Positions 28,101-41,662 of a stretch of DNA of 64,000 bases are shown here, in pieces (within the stretch, counting starts at the first letter, position 1; every line of letters starts with the position of its first letter). The notes beneath the pieces are model-generated. The model made no database searches. It was not told the origin of the DNA and was given only the letters and a program-made list of their open reading frames with translations. Both the position numbers and the translations under genes were made by a program. The stretch comes from Paramecium tetraurelia (Eukaryota): NCBI GenBank assembly GCA_000165425.1, contig CT867986.1, forward strand, positions 1-64,000. Direction: 5' to 3'.

Positions 28101-31100
28101 ATAATGATTTATTTTATCATAGGACATGCTATCTTCAGAATCGAACCATTTGACATAGATTGAAGTTGCAGCCTCTACCTTTGAATAACCATAGTAGATG
28201 TAGAACCATTCATTAATTCTATTCTTGTATTGAATGTTCTTATAGAAGTTGTTATTACCTCCACCATTCATATTAGTATATGTGTATGTGGGGAAATGCA
28301 AGATACCTCCTTCAGCAGTACCAATCCAACAAGTGAGAGTTCTGTCTCCTAACCAACTATCAGTGAATGGAGCCTTCTTAATTTGGACTCTGAAAACATT
28401 ATGCCATGGGGCTTATGCTGTAGGCTTCCATCTGAACCAACCACTCAAGGCATATTCTTATGGGAATTTGTTGTTGCTTCCGACTGATTGAATAATACTT
28501 GGTTTTTCATCCTTGTCTCTTGAGATTTGATCTTTAATCAATTCGGTTGTTTACAATGGAACTACAACACTTGGTGCTTGATTTTTGAGCACGTAAGCAT
28601 TCAATTTATCAACATCTGATACAAATGCTGAATCAGTAGAGAATGTAATTGATGTGAAAAAACCATTGAATCCTGGGTATCTCTTAGCATCATTACCACC
28701 AACTATGAATCTCAAATATTTGGTTAATGAGTGGGTAGTCTCATGAACAATCTTCTAGAAATCAGCATTACCATATTTGATGAAACCAATAGCCTTATTT
28801 TATTCAGAACTGTATGAGTAATAAACATATGTCCACAATCCTTCAATATCATCAGGGAAGTTATTATTAATAATCATATTTGGATTGTTTGTAACTGAAT
28901 TGCATGTAGTGAAGTGATAATATCCTTGTCCTTACCAGATAGCCAATACTCTATCTCCCATTCTGATGTTATCATATTTCTCTTGATTAGTCAATCTGGA
29001 TACAAAGTAAAATGGTTAGTTCTTTCCATTTGGTAATTAATCTGGATATTTAGATAAGAATCTCATCCAGTAACCATAACCATATTATTCAAATGGTTTT
29101 TCAGAATTGGTTTCTTTATCAACAATTGGTTTGTCTTAACTTGAAGCATTTTCAAGGATATTCTTATCAGCATCAGAAGGCTTGAATTCATCACTTGGTT
29201 TTTTAATGAATTTATCTGTACCAATCTTGAATCCAAAGATGTCCTTTTCATGTGAATAATCAGTTGGTTTTCTGAAGGCACCTTTACCGATATTGAAATT
29301 AACTTCGCCCAATTTTCCATTGAATCCTGGATAATGATCATCTCTTCCTGTGAATACGTAGAATTAGGTTGCTAAATAATGATTAGTTTTCTCATGTGAT
29401 AATTGATCTTCTCCATCTGTCCATTTAATGTAAGCTTAAGCTAATTATTAATCTTTTGAATATCCGAAGTAAAGGAAGAACCAATTAGTGATTCTGTTCT
29501 TGTGTAAAATATTCTTCCAAACATTAGCATTACCACCACCATTCATATTAACATAAGTGTATGTTGGTAAATGGATGATACCTCCATCAGCTGTTCCAAC
29601 CCATGCTGACAATGTTCTATCACCTAAGACACTGTCTGTAGAGGGTGTCTTGAGTTGTACTCTGAAAATGTTATGCCATGGTTATTAGGCAAGAGGTTAC
29701 CACTTGAACCATCCACTGAATGAGTATTCAGCTGGGAATCTTTCTGTTTCCTTTCCAATAACCTTTGTGAGTGGTTTATCATCTGAAGTTCTTGTCAAAC
29801 TATCTTCGATCAATTTGTAATTGGCTAAATCATTGAATCCTTAAGCAGGCTTAGTTAATTTACTAATGAATCCTTTTAAGAGATCAGCAGTATCAATGAA
29901 TGCTCCTTCTTTGGTGCTGAATGTTATTTGTGAGAACACACCATTGAATCCTGGATATCTTCCCTCGTCATTACCTCCCAATACGAATCTCACATATTTA
30001 GTTTCAGGGTGATTGACATCATGTCTAATTGATTGTATGTCATCATTTCCATATTTGATATGACCAACTGCTCTGTTCTTGTCATCACTATATGAATAGT
30101 AGAGATATGTCCATAAACCTTCAATGTCTTCTGGATAATTGATATTCTTAATGTAATTTGGATTGTTGTCTACTTTGTTGCATGTAGTGAAATGATAGTA
30201 TCCTTGTCCTTACCAAACAGCCAACATTCTGTCTCCCATTCTAATGTTATCATATTTCTCTTGATTAGCCAATCTGACTACAAAATACCATGGTTAATTC
30301 TTTCCACTTGGTAATCTGACTGGATAATTGTGTAAGAATCTGAACCAAAATCCATAACCATATTCTTCAAGATCTCTTTCAGCTGGTGCAGCCTTATCAA
30401 TAACTGGGGTCTTTTGTTCGAATCCATTGCTTAATTCTTCAGTAATTGGTGTTCCTGGTTCAATTGCAGCTGCAGGTTTCTTAACTAAATTATCAATTCC
30501 TGATTTGAATCCAAAAGCGTCTTAAGGATGATCGAAATTTGGATCCTTTAAGAATGATCCATCTCCAAGATTGAATTTCACATAACCCATCTTACCACTA
30601 TGTCCTGGATATTATTTATCTCTGCCAACATATACATAGAATTCTGGAGTCAAATAGTGTCTAACATTATCATATGTAAGTGCGTCATCTGAAGATGCCC
30701 ATTTAACATAAACTTAAGCCTTAGAGATTGTTCTAGAGTATCCATAGTAGACATAGAACCATTCAGTGTGTCTTCCCTTGTGTTGAATGTTTTTGTAGAG
30801 ATTTGAATTTCCTCCACCAAACCATATTGTCATATGTGTATGTTGGGAAATGGAGAATACCTCCTTCAGGAGTACCAACCCACATTGTTAAGGTTCTATC
30901 TCCTAAGAATTAATCAGTTGATGGTTTCTTAATTTAGACTCTGAAAAGGTTATGCCATGCTGCTTAGGCTGTTGGCTTCCATTTGAACCAACCACTAATT
31001 GCATATTCTTATGGGAATTTCTAATCACCTCCTCCAACAGTGGCTTCCTTTGTAATGTCTGCTTCAGCACTTCTGCTGATTTAATCAACCAATCCTACAG

Positions 31101-34100
31101 TTGTCAATTATTTCAATCCAACTTATGGAACTCCAACCTTTGCAACGAATGCCTTGAATTCATCAACTGTACCAATAAAAGTTTAATCAATTGAAACTCC
31201 TGTGAATTGACCATTGAATCCTGGGTATCTTCCCTCATCATTACCTCCCAAAATAAATCTGACAAATTTAGTATCTTTGTGTTAAGTGGAATGAGTAGCT
31301 GTTTATGGAGCATCATTACCATATTAAATGAAGGCAACAGCTTATTTGTTGGCTCTGCTGTATGAATAATAGACATATGTCCATAATCCTTCGATATCAG
31401 TTGGGAAATTGATATTTTAGATCATATTAGTATTTCCAGTGGCAATGTTGCATGTAGTGATGTGATAATATCCTGCTCCTTACCAGATGGCCAAGGTTCT
31501 GTCTCCCATAGCAATGTTGTCATATTTTTCATTCCATGTCAATCTGGAAACAAAGTACCATGGTTAATTCTTACCATTGATTTATCTTTCTGGGTAAACT
31601 GTCAAATATCTCATCCAAAATCCATATCCATAACTTGTTAATTCCTTCTCATCTTTCAATTCTTTGGTCAATGCTGGAACCTTTTAAGTTTCTGAATTGT
31701 CAAGTACTTTAGGATCTGGTTTAGTTTCTGGTTGTGGTTTTGGTTAATCTTTATGGTAGGTATCAACTCCACTGCCGAATGAGAATGGATCTTTTGGTAA
31801 ATTGAAGTTCTTGTCTGGAACAAATGATCCTTCACCAATATTGAATTTGGCTTAAGCAATGTTACCATTGAAACCAGGATAATGTTTATCTCTTCCTGTG
31901 AAGATATAGAATTTTGATGCAAAGTAATGTCTGGTGTCAGGGTATTCAAGAGTGTCTTCTGATTATGTCCATTTAATATAAGCTTAGGCTTTGTTTTAAT
32001 CCTTTGAATATCCAAAGTATAGGAAATGCCATTCAGTATTTCTTCCTTTATGTTGAATGTTCTTGTAAAGATTGGAATTACCACCACCATTCATATTAGT
32101 GTATGTGTATGTTGGTAAATGGATGATACCTCCTTCAGCTGTTCCAACCCATGCTGTTAATGTTCTGTCTCCTAAGACATTGTCTGTAGAAGGTGTCTTG
32201 AGTTAGACTCTGAAAATGTTATGCCAAGGCTCTTATGACATGGCACTCCATCTGAACCAACCACTGAATGCATATTAATGAGGCAATTTCTTTTCTTCTA
32301 CTTCTGTTACGACTGGTTCATCTTTTGGAGTTCTGGATGTCTCTTTATCAATCAAAGTAATAGTAGTCAAATCAACCAATTTGATGCTTGGCTTTGGACC
32401 TTGACTATCCAATAACTTATTAAGGTTAGACAATGAATTGATGTAGGCTCCAACTTTGTTATTGAAATAAACATTAGTGAAAAGACCATTGAATGCTGGA
32501 TATCTCTTTTCATCTGTACCTCCCAAAATGAATCTAACTTATTTAGCAGCTGGGTGTGTGACTTGATGAGTAACTTATTAGAAATCACTATCTCCAAACT
32601 TAATAAATGCAACTGCATTATTCTCTTTTGTACTGTATGAATAGTAGATGTAAGTCCAAACACCTTCAATATCAGCTGGATAATCAACATTCTTAATCAC
32701 ATTTGCATTGTTACTCTTTTGATCACAGGTAGTGATGTGATAGTATCCTTATCCTTACCAAATTGCCAAAGCTCTATCTCCCATTCTAATATTATCATAT
32801 TGAACATTTGTAGTCAATCTGGATACGAAGTACCATGGTTAATTCTTTCCATTTGGTAATTATTCTGGGTACTTTGTTAAGAATCTCAACCAATATCCAT
32901 AACCATATTCAACTAAATTTTAGTCTCCTGCAACTGTCTATTTATCAACCTTTGGTGAATCAACGCTTGAAGCACTTGCAAATACTTATTTATCAGCTTC
33001 TGGAATTGCTTCTGGTTTTGCTGGTTCAACAGGTTTATTAATGGCCTTAGTTCCATCTGAAAATCCAAATCTGTCTGTTTCATCTGTGAAATCATTTCCT
33101 TTCTTGAAACTACCTTTACCAATGTTGAAATTAACAAATCCGATTTATCCATTGAATCCTTAGAAGTTAGGATCTTTGCCTAAATAAACAAAGAATTTTG
33201 GAGCTAAATAGTGATTAATTTTATCGAATGTCAAAGTCTCAGAACTATCCTTGAATTTAATATAAGCATAAGCCTTTGATTCTTTCTTTGAATATCCATA
33301 ATACAAGAAGAACCATTCTTAATGTCTGTCTTTGTGTTAGATGTTTTATACAACATTAGGATTTCCTGCTCCATTCATATTATTGTATGTGTAAGTGGTA
33401 TGATGTAAAATACCACCAGCAAGAGTACCAACCCAAACAGCCAATGTTCTGTCTCCTAAGAATCTATCAGAGAATGGTGAATTGATTGTAATTCTGAAGA
33501 TGTTATGCCATACTTATTATCCTTATAATTTATCCCATCTGAACCATCCACTTAAAGCATATTCTTATGGTAATTTAGATTATTCATCTCCAACAGTTTC
33601 ACCAATATGAGCAACAGTTGGGGCTCTTTCGATTTATCCTGCAACAATCTTTTTGTTAAGAGCTGGAGTGTCAACATCTGGTACAATTCCTATTCTTGGT
33701 TTCAAGACATCTAAACTATCAATGAATGCTCCTTTTTCATGAGAATATGAGACTTTAGTGAAGATACCATTGAAGGCTGGATATCTGTTGTTATCCATAC
33801 CACCAAGAATGAATCTAACTTATCTAGTTTCTGGATGTGTGATTGAATGAGTGATTGACTTGACTTCATCATTTCCATACTTAATGAAACCTACTGCTTT
33901 CTTCTTTTCTGCACTGTATGAATAGTAGATGTATGTCCAAACTCCTTCAATATCAGCTGGATAATTGATATTTTGAATGACATTAACATTTCCATTTTAT
34001 TTGTTACATGTTGTATAATGGTAGAATCCTTATCCTTACCAGATAGCCAAAGCTCTATCTCCCATTCTAATGTTGTCATATTGAACATTGGTTGACAATC

Positions 34101-37100
34101 TTGCAACAAAGTACCATGGTTGATTCTTTCCATTAATTAATCTGACTGGGTAGGCAGTTAAGAATCTAGCCCAGAATCCGTAACCATACTCAACCAATAG
34201 GTCATTTGATGTCAATGTTTTATCAACACTGGGTGCATTATTATTGAATTTGCTTCCATATTCAGTCTTATCATCAACAACTGGTTTTGTTGGGTCGACT
34301 TTTGGAATCAATTGACTTCCCTTGTCAAATTTGAATGCATCAGTTGGATGTTTGAAATCATTTCCCTTTCTGAATGATCCATCTCCATGATTAAAGGCTG
34401 TGGATGCAATTCTTCCATTGAATCCTGGGAATTGAACATCTTTACCAACGAAAACAAAATATTTCTTAGCAAAGTAATGATTGATGTCTTTGTATTCTAA
34501 ATTGTCTTCGCTATCTCTCCATTTAACATATGCATAAGCAGCTTTATCATTCTTGGAATAGCCCATGTAAACAAAGAACCATTCGAAATGTCTATTTTTA
34601 TGATTGATATTTTATGGTAGATTATTTGGACCAGCTCCATTCATATTCTTGTATGAGTATGTTGTCAAATGAATGATACCACCTGCTCCACTTCCAACCC
34701 ATCCTGCTAAAGTTCTATCACCATGACTGTTGTCTGTTGATGGTTAACTGATTTGGACTCTGAATAGATTGTGCCATGCCTATTAGGGTGTTGGTTATTC
34801 CCATTTGAACCAACCTGAAAATGCATATTCTTTAGGGAATGGGGCTTCGACAGTTTATGTATTTCCTGGAGTTCCTGGATTTCTTGTGATTTAACTATCA
34901 ACTAATTGGGTTGTGGTCAAAGGAACTTTAGATCCCAAAGGATTTGGTTATTTATTAAGGAAAGCCTTGAATTAATCAATGGATCCAATATAAGCTCCAG
35001 GAGAAGCAGAGTGAACAACTGATTAGAATTAACCATTGAATGCAGGATATCTATTGTTGTCTTTACCTCCCAAAATGAATTTGACATAAGTGTTATCTGG
35101 ATGAGTGACTTAGTGAACAACATCAATTGGATCTGTGGCACCAAATTGAATGAATGCAACAGCCTTCTTCTCTTATTTGCTGTATGAATAGTAAACATAT
35201 GTCCACAATCCTTCGATATCAGCTGGGTAATTGACATTCTTAATTACATTGACTTGTCCTGGTAAATTGCATGTAGTGAAGTGATAATATCCTTGTCCTT
35301 ACCAGATAGCCAAAGTTCTATCTCCCATAGCAATATTATCATAATTAGGTCTGTTAGCCAATCTTGAAACAAAGTACCATGGTGCATTCTTTCCATTTGG
35401 CAATTTGACTGGGAATGCTGTTAAGAATCTCATCCAAAATCCATAACCATATTCAGCAAGAGGTTATTCTGATTTGAATTCCTTGGTTACTTTTGGTGTA
35501 TTGTCTGAGACTGCATTTGGAATTTAGGTTTCTCCAGTTTCTTTATCAACTTCTGGTTACACTTTCTTTTAATCTGGTTTTTTGAGGATGTTGATTTCAC
35601 CTTTTTATAATCCGAAGATATCATCTGGATGTTTGAAATCTGGAGTCTTTCTGAATGTTCCATCTCCTAAATTGAAGTTCACATATGCCAATTTGCCATT
35701 CAATCCTGGGAAGTGCAAGTCTTTACCAGCGAATGTGTAGAATTTAGGTGCATAATAATGATTGACATTGTTATACTCTAAGGTTTCAATACCTGTAGCA
35801 AATCTAACTCCAACAAATGCCTTTTATTAATTCTTTGAATATCCAAAGTAAACAAAGAACCAATCGAAAATTCTATTCTTGTGTTGGATATTGCTGACCA
35901 TATTTGGATTTCCTGCTCCATTCATATTAGTGTATGTGTAAGTTGGGAAATGTAAGATTCCACCTTAAGCAGTACCAATCCAACAAGATAATGTTCTATC
36001 TCCTAAGAATCTGTCAGTGGATGGCTTCTTGATTTGAACTCTGAAAACATTGTGCCAAACCTATTATTAAGTTTATTCCCATTTGAACCATCCTGAAATG
36101 GCATATTCATGTGGGAACATTTCTTGTCCACCACCAATTTCATCATAATCTGGAATGTCATTTGGTTTTCTAGAAATTATATCAGAAACTAATTCATGAT
36201 TGTAGAATTAATCCAAATCTTATTTTGGTATGATTGTTCTCTTCAATTAGTCTGAAAAGTCTTCAATTGTATCTAAGAATACTCCTGGTCTTGCTGAGAA
36301 TGTGATTTAACTGAATAAACCATTGAATCCAGGGTATTATTTGTTATCCATACCACCCAAAATGAATTTGACTTTCTTTGCAACTGGATGTTGAACTGAA
36401 TGTAAGATTGTTCTTGGTTCTTAATCTGCGAACTTAATGAAGGCTATGGCTTTCTTAGCTTCAGAACTGTATGAATAGTAAACATAGGTCCATAAACCTT
36501 CAATATCATTTGGATAATTGATATTTTGAATTACATTAGCTTAGTTCTTTGGTTAATCACAAGTAGTGAAATGGTAATATCCTTAACCTTACCAGATGGC
36601 TAGTAATCTGTCACCCATTTCAATGTTCTTGTAATTCATATTTGAAGTTAATCTAGAAACAAAGTACCATGGTGCATTCTTTCCATTCAATAATCTATCA
36701 GGATAAGCTGTTAAGAATCTCATCCAGAATCCATAACCATATTCAACTAATTCATTATCTTCTTCTTAAGTTTCTTCAATTACTGGTTTGTTTTCTTCAC
36801 TTGAACTTGGTCTAGTCAAACCATCAGTGTCTGCATCTTCAACTACTTTATATGGTTTCTTTTATTTTTCTGGATCTTCTTCAGTATCAATTTCTGGTTG
36901 AACTCCAATCAATTTCTTTTTACCACTGTCAAAGCTAAATGGATCTCCTTTTCCAGAAAAGTCATTGTTTGGTTTGAAGGATCCTTCTCCAACATTGAAA
37001 GCAACTAATGCAACCTTACCATTGAATCCTGGGAATTATTTGTCCTTTCCAACAAATATGTAGAATTTTGGAACTTGGAAGTGTCTGATGTTGTCATATT

Positions 37101-39069
37101 CTTATTTATCAGTAGAGTCTTTCCATTGAATTGTAGCAACAGCTTTCTTCTAAGGTCTTGAATATCCAAAATAAACGAAGAACCATTCTGTGTGTCTGTT
37201 TTTGTGTGGGATATTCTTAATGACATTTGGATTTCCAGCACCTTCCAAATTAGTGTATGTGTATGTTGGCAAGTGGATGATACCTCCATCTTGTTTACCA
37301 ACCCAGGCAGACAATGTTCTATCTCCTAAGAATTTATCAGTTGATGGTTATTGGATTTGGACTCTGAAAATGTTATGCCATTCTTATTGTTGTTTTGGTG
37401 CTTCCCATTTGAACCAACCACTGAAGGCATACTCATGTGGGAATTTGGGATTCTTTGTTGTTCCAACAATAGAAAGAACTTCTTTGGTATCTGGATCTCT
37501 TTATGATGGATTTGAGACCACTTTATAAGTAATTAATTCAGGTAAGAAATCCTTTGGTTGTTTCTTTTAAGCTTACAATTTACCAATAACATCATCTTCA
37601 GAATCAAGGAATACTCCTGGCTTAGTACTGAAATAGATTTATTAGATCAGACCATTGAAACCAGGATATCTATTTTAATCTTTACCTCCAACAGTGAATC
37701 TAACCCATTTAGTTGATGGATTCAAAACTTCATGAGTAACTTTCTTAAGATCATCATTTCCAAATTTGATAAAAGCAACAGCCTTCTTTTTCTCGGAACT
37801 GTATGAATAGTAAATGTAAGTCCAAACTCCATCAAAATCTTCAGGATAATTAACATTTTGAGCGACATTTGGTTAATTCTTTGGTTGATCACAAGTGGTG
37901 AAATGATAATATCCTTTACCTAACCAAACAGCCAATAATCTGTCTCCCATATTGATATTTTCATCTTTCTTATTTGCACTCAATCTGGAAACAAAGTACC
38001 AAGGTGCATCTTTTCCATTAGGTAAGAATTTAGGATATGCTAAAGTGAATTTAGCCCAATATCCATAACCATATTCAGTGAGTGGTTCTTGACTTTCAAC
38101 CTCTTTCTAATGAACAGGATCTGGGTTAGTATAGTCAGCTGGTTTCTTTTTGTTTGAGGAATCTTCATCATCTTCCTCGTCTGTTGTACTACTTGGTTCA
38201 GAAACACTTTATTCCTATTAATCATCTCCTTCTGGAACTCTATCAGCTGGAACTGGTTTGACTGGCTAGGTTGGTTAGATAGGCTTTTTGGTTTCATCCT
38301 ATCCTTATTATTAACCATCAGGTCTTGCTGGGATGATTACTTGGTTATCATCCTCTTTTGGTTTAATTCTGACGATGGTACCTTAGCCATCAGAACATTC
38401 TTTAGTGATTTCTCTCACTTCGTCAGCCTTAGAATTTATAATGTTGATTGTAATCTAATTGGATTTAATATAATAATTACTTATGGTCCTTTCTGGCATT
38501 GATTTCTCACTTGTTCTCTCTCTTTCATTAATCTATTTATTAATTCTTCTATTTTATCACAACATTATTCTAAGTCTTTTTCATTCTCAGCAGTATCTAA
38601 TAAACTTACAACTCCTTGTAATTCCATAGCACTATCTTTTCTCCATCTTTAATAAGGTGTGATTTATAAATGTTCTGCACTTATTTGACTCATAATATCT
38701 GAGAACGAATTTCTGAATTGCAACAATACTACAATTTTAAAATTATTTATTACCAGGTTCTGCATCATCATAGCCATTTCCACGAAAATCTTATAATGCC
38801 ACCTTTAATTACTAAAGATTATGAGAATCTGTGTTTAGCTAGTCTTAATTCTCTAAGATTTCTGACCATGCATCAATAGAAGTGCTCACTTCTCCCAACA
38901 TCGGACTACATTCCAATTAATTAGTCTCCAATTGATGCAATTCACTTAAACTTTGCAATTTGAGATTGCTTCCCAATTAAATGAATTGTTGAGCTAAATT
39001 TAGCTATAAACTCATACCTCCTAGCGTACAAGCTAGTAATAACACTATAAGCAGCGTTTTATTATTCAT
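16180..39069 (-). CDS. Giant (~7,600 aa) secreted protein with 17 tandem A-B pairs of concanavalin A/LamG-like domains
   Basis: Signal peptide MNNKTLLIVLLLACTLGG; 25- and 26-nt introns near the 5' end; repeats EYGYGFWxRFLT..DRxLAIWQGQGYYHFTT..IEGLWTYxYYSYS..RYPGFNG (A) alternating with EYxxSGWFKW..WHNIFRV..GDRTL..WFFxYFGYSK..YPGFNG (B) every ~1.28 kb; TGA at 16180; six apparent +1 frameshifts. Confidence 0.85.
16186..16410 (-). repeat. 33-nt coding tandem repeat, 7 x 11-aa G[P/A][A/K]SG unit, at the C-terminus of the giant protein
   Basis: AGPASGQFDVK GGPASGQFTVS GGPASGVVDKT AGAKSGIAEQS QGPKSGQTDTA DGPKSGQSDQA AGPKSGASQ*. Confidence 0.85.
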
Positions 39070-39856
39070 AAATAAAAAATAATAATGAATATTGTATTAT
39101 CATATTCCTTATAATTACCAGAAAAATTCGTTTTTCCATTCTTCATCAGGAATTATAATTAATTAATATATAAATTTCTGTTAATATAATCAATCCTCAT
39201 TCAAATTTGCTTGCGCCATGTAAATTAGTAGTTTTGAATATCCAATTGATCTTCAAGTACCATTTATATTTCTTTTCGAAGATTGTTATTATTTATTTTA
39301 ATGTTGTATTATTTCGTTACATAATACCTAAAGTATTTTGTTAAATTAATATTTCTAACTAGCTTCATTTTTGTAATTTCCCCAAAATTTTATCAGAACA
39401 CGCATTTTTTAAAAGAATTCGACTTGCAAATAAACTAAATTGTGAGGTAATCTTAATTTTTGCTACACTTTTAATATTAAATAATATTTAAAAACTATTG
39501 TTTGGCAAAACACTATTTCTTAAAGTAAATAAAAAATATAAATAATCTTTTGTCCTTTGAATCTTATTTATCTCCTTACATAAGTAACCATGTCTACACA
39601 TAGAGGTCAACTAGTTAAATCAATAGAGATTTTACTATTCAACAGGCTTCTGCAAGAATTTTAATTTTCATTCGATTTAATAAGATTGGTTTGTATTTCT
39701 TGTACTATACGGAAATCCTTTCAACAGTACTCCACTATACATAACAGCTATAAGGTATAGGATATAATTATATTAGGATGCTTGAATTGATGCAATTTCA
39801 AAGACAGGGAAGATTGGTGAAAACTTATTTTATATTTTTGTTTATATGTATAAATC

Positions 39857-40322
39857 TCATTGATTTTATGTTGTTGAATCCTAAATTTTAGAAGTCACTT
39901 CAAGATAGGCTGCATTCATTTTACTAGCCAAATCGTTTCCTGATTCAGATTAAAGAATATTTCCGTTAATATCTGTGGCTGTATAGGAAATAACACCGGC
40001 ATTATTTGAAAGATCCACTACTTCACCGACAATTCCTGGAACATATTCAGAATGAGTTTCTGTGAATGATGTGTGTTTTTTGGTTGAACTCTCTACGTCT
40101 GTTGTAATTTGGGCCCAATGTTCTAACGAAAACATAGAGAATTAAATAATTACAGGCTTCTTTTGCACTCAAATGATAATCTTGATTGCCCAAATTCTAA
40201 AATTCAAAGAAAGCACTATTAAAGGTTCTAGCTTTTTTATTATGAACTGCTTTGTGTGTTTTTCTTACATGTCCTGCGGTAACTGATAATAATAAGACAC
40301 AGATGAGAATTGCCTTAATCAT
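39857..40322 (-). CDS. Small secreted hypothetical protein (~145 aa)
   Basis: Signal peptide MIKAILICVLLLSVTAG; one short intron; ...EYVPGIVGEVVDLSNNAGVISYTATDING...; TGA at 39857. Confidence 0.7.
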
Positions 40323-40390
40323 AATTTATATTATTATTAGAAATCGTTTTTACTTCTTTTTCGTTTTAAAATTAATATTCAATAAATCTA

Positions 40391-40943
40391 TCATTCATTT
40401 TCCATTCTCTTCCATACTAATATCAATATCCAGGTGATCAATAGGAAAATAAACATCGGCCAAAATACAATGCAGCTATAATTGAGTAGCCAAATAACAG
40501 TCAATATAATCAAGCTCCATTTGCATGTCTGATAATTGATATCATTATTCAGATCGTGAAATCTCAATGATAAATGAAAACAACTAGTATTTTTGCAGGG
40601 TATTAAAATGCAGCAACCGTCTATGCATCTACAAAAAGCAGAAAGTGAAAACAAAATTAACAGAACTGTTATAATTTATCCAATGAAGTCACAACCATCA
40701 GGTGTTTCATCAATTTTGTTTAAGAAGAGTTATTTAAACACAAATCCTAAAAAGATAAACAACCAATATGCAAAACAGCATTCAAAGCAATCAGGCTATT
40801 TTCTTGATTGTTTCACTCGTTTTTGCAAATCCTATAAATATTATTACCTCTACTCCTCATCATTATTATTTGCTCTTACTTAAATTACATATTTACGTAT
40901 CATCCATTTATTGGGTCTGCTTCTCCTCTTCTCGATTATTCAT
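40391..40943 (-). CDS. Hypothetical multi-pass membrane protein
   Basis: Hydrophobic segments (AYWLFIFLGFVF; IITVLLILFSLSAF; LIILTVIWLLNYSCIVFWPMFIFLLITWILILVW); one 22-nt intron inferred. Confidence 0.6.
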
Positions 40944-41009
40944 AAAAATAAATATTGCAAAATTGCAATGTAAAAATATTATATTTATCTATATAATGTT
41001 TAACTATAT

Positions 41010-41603
41010 TCAAAAATTTTTGGCATATTTATCAACCTACATAAAAAGTTCATTACTATATACTTTACAATTTTCCTTAGTCTTTCAACTCCCAACTTGT
41101 TTTCTCCTGATATATTGTCTAATAGATAGATCACTCACAATATTACTTGATTTATACGGCGGTGAAATTCGGATTGAAATAGATGGAATAATGATCTCCT
41201 AGTCTTTCCAATCTACATCTCTGTACAACTTTTATAGATGATCAAATAATTGCTAATGGGGTTCCTTCATTTCCTTCTTTATCATCTCTTGAGCCATGGC
41301 TGCCAAATCGATAGCCAACAAATTCTATAATGTTTACTACGCTTAGTGGAACGCATACTTTAGGATCTTAAATATCAATGGTTTATAGATCTTGTATTGA
41401 TTGCTGATTAATTAAAAATAAGTCATCTTCATTTTCTATTTAATTGCAATTTCATTCATACTTAATATAATGATTGATTCATCACAATAATATATGAGTC
41501 CTTGAAACACATCACCATAATTTGTCGTGACTCTGGCTTGCATACCAAATAATTATAGTTTTTAGGTGTCCGTAGTCAATAGTGTCCATTGCTATTTCGA
41601 CAT
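41010..41603 (-). CDS. LSM12-like protein (Lsm domain plus anticodon-binding domain)
   Basis: GMQARVTTNYGDVFQGLIYYCD (Sm1-like) and DWKDQEIIIPSISIRISPPYKSSN..GVERLRKIV; several introns, boundaries approximate. Confidence 0.7.
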
Positions 41604-41662
41604 AAATTAATAATTAATTTAATATTATATGTTTCTAACAAAAATATCGAAGGAATCTATAC

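Noticed and set aside
20990..30825. Euplotes-like programmed +1 frameshifting
   Set aside because: The sites share no AAA-stop motif, TAA/TAG are sense codons here, and similar insertions occur in unrelated genes; sequencing error is simpler
16400..38100. Long regular repeats as a CRISPR array, transposon or satellite
   Set aside because: The repeats are ~1.28-kb protein-coding domains with synonymous-type variation in one reading frame; no spacers, terminal repeats or transposase motifs
16431..38318. Many short ORFs on both strands suggesting a multi-gene cluster or antisense genes
   Set aside because: Artefacts of standard-code translation (TAA/TAG are Gln here) and off-frame shadows of one repetitive gene
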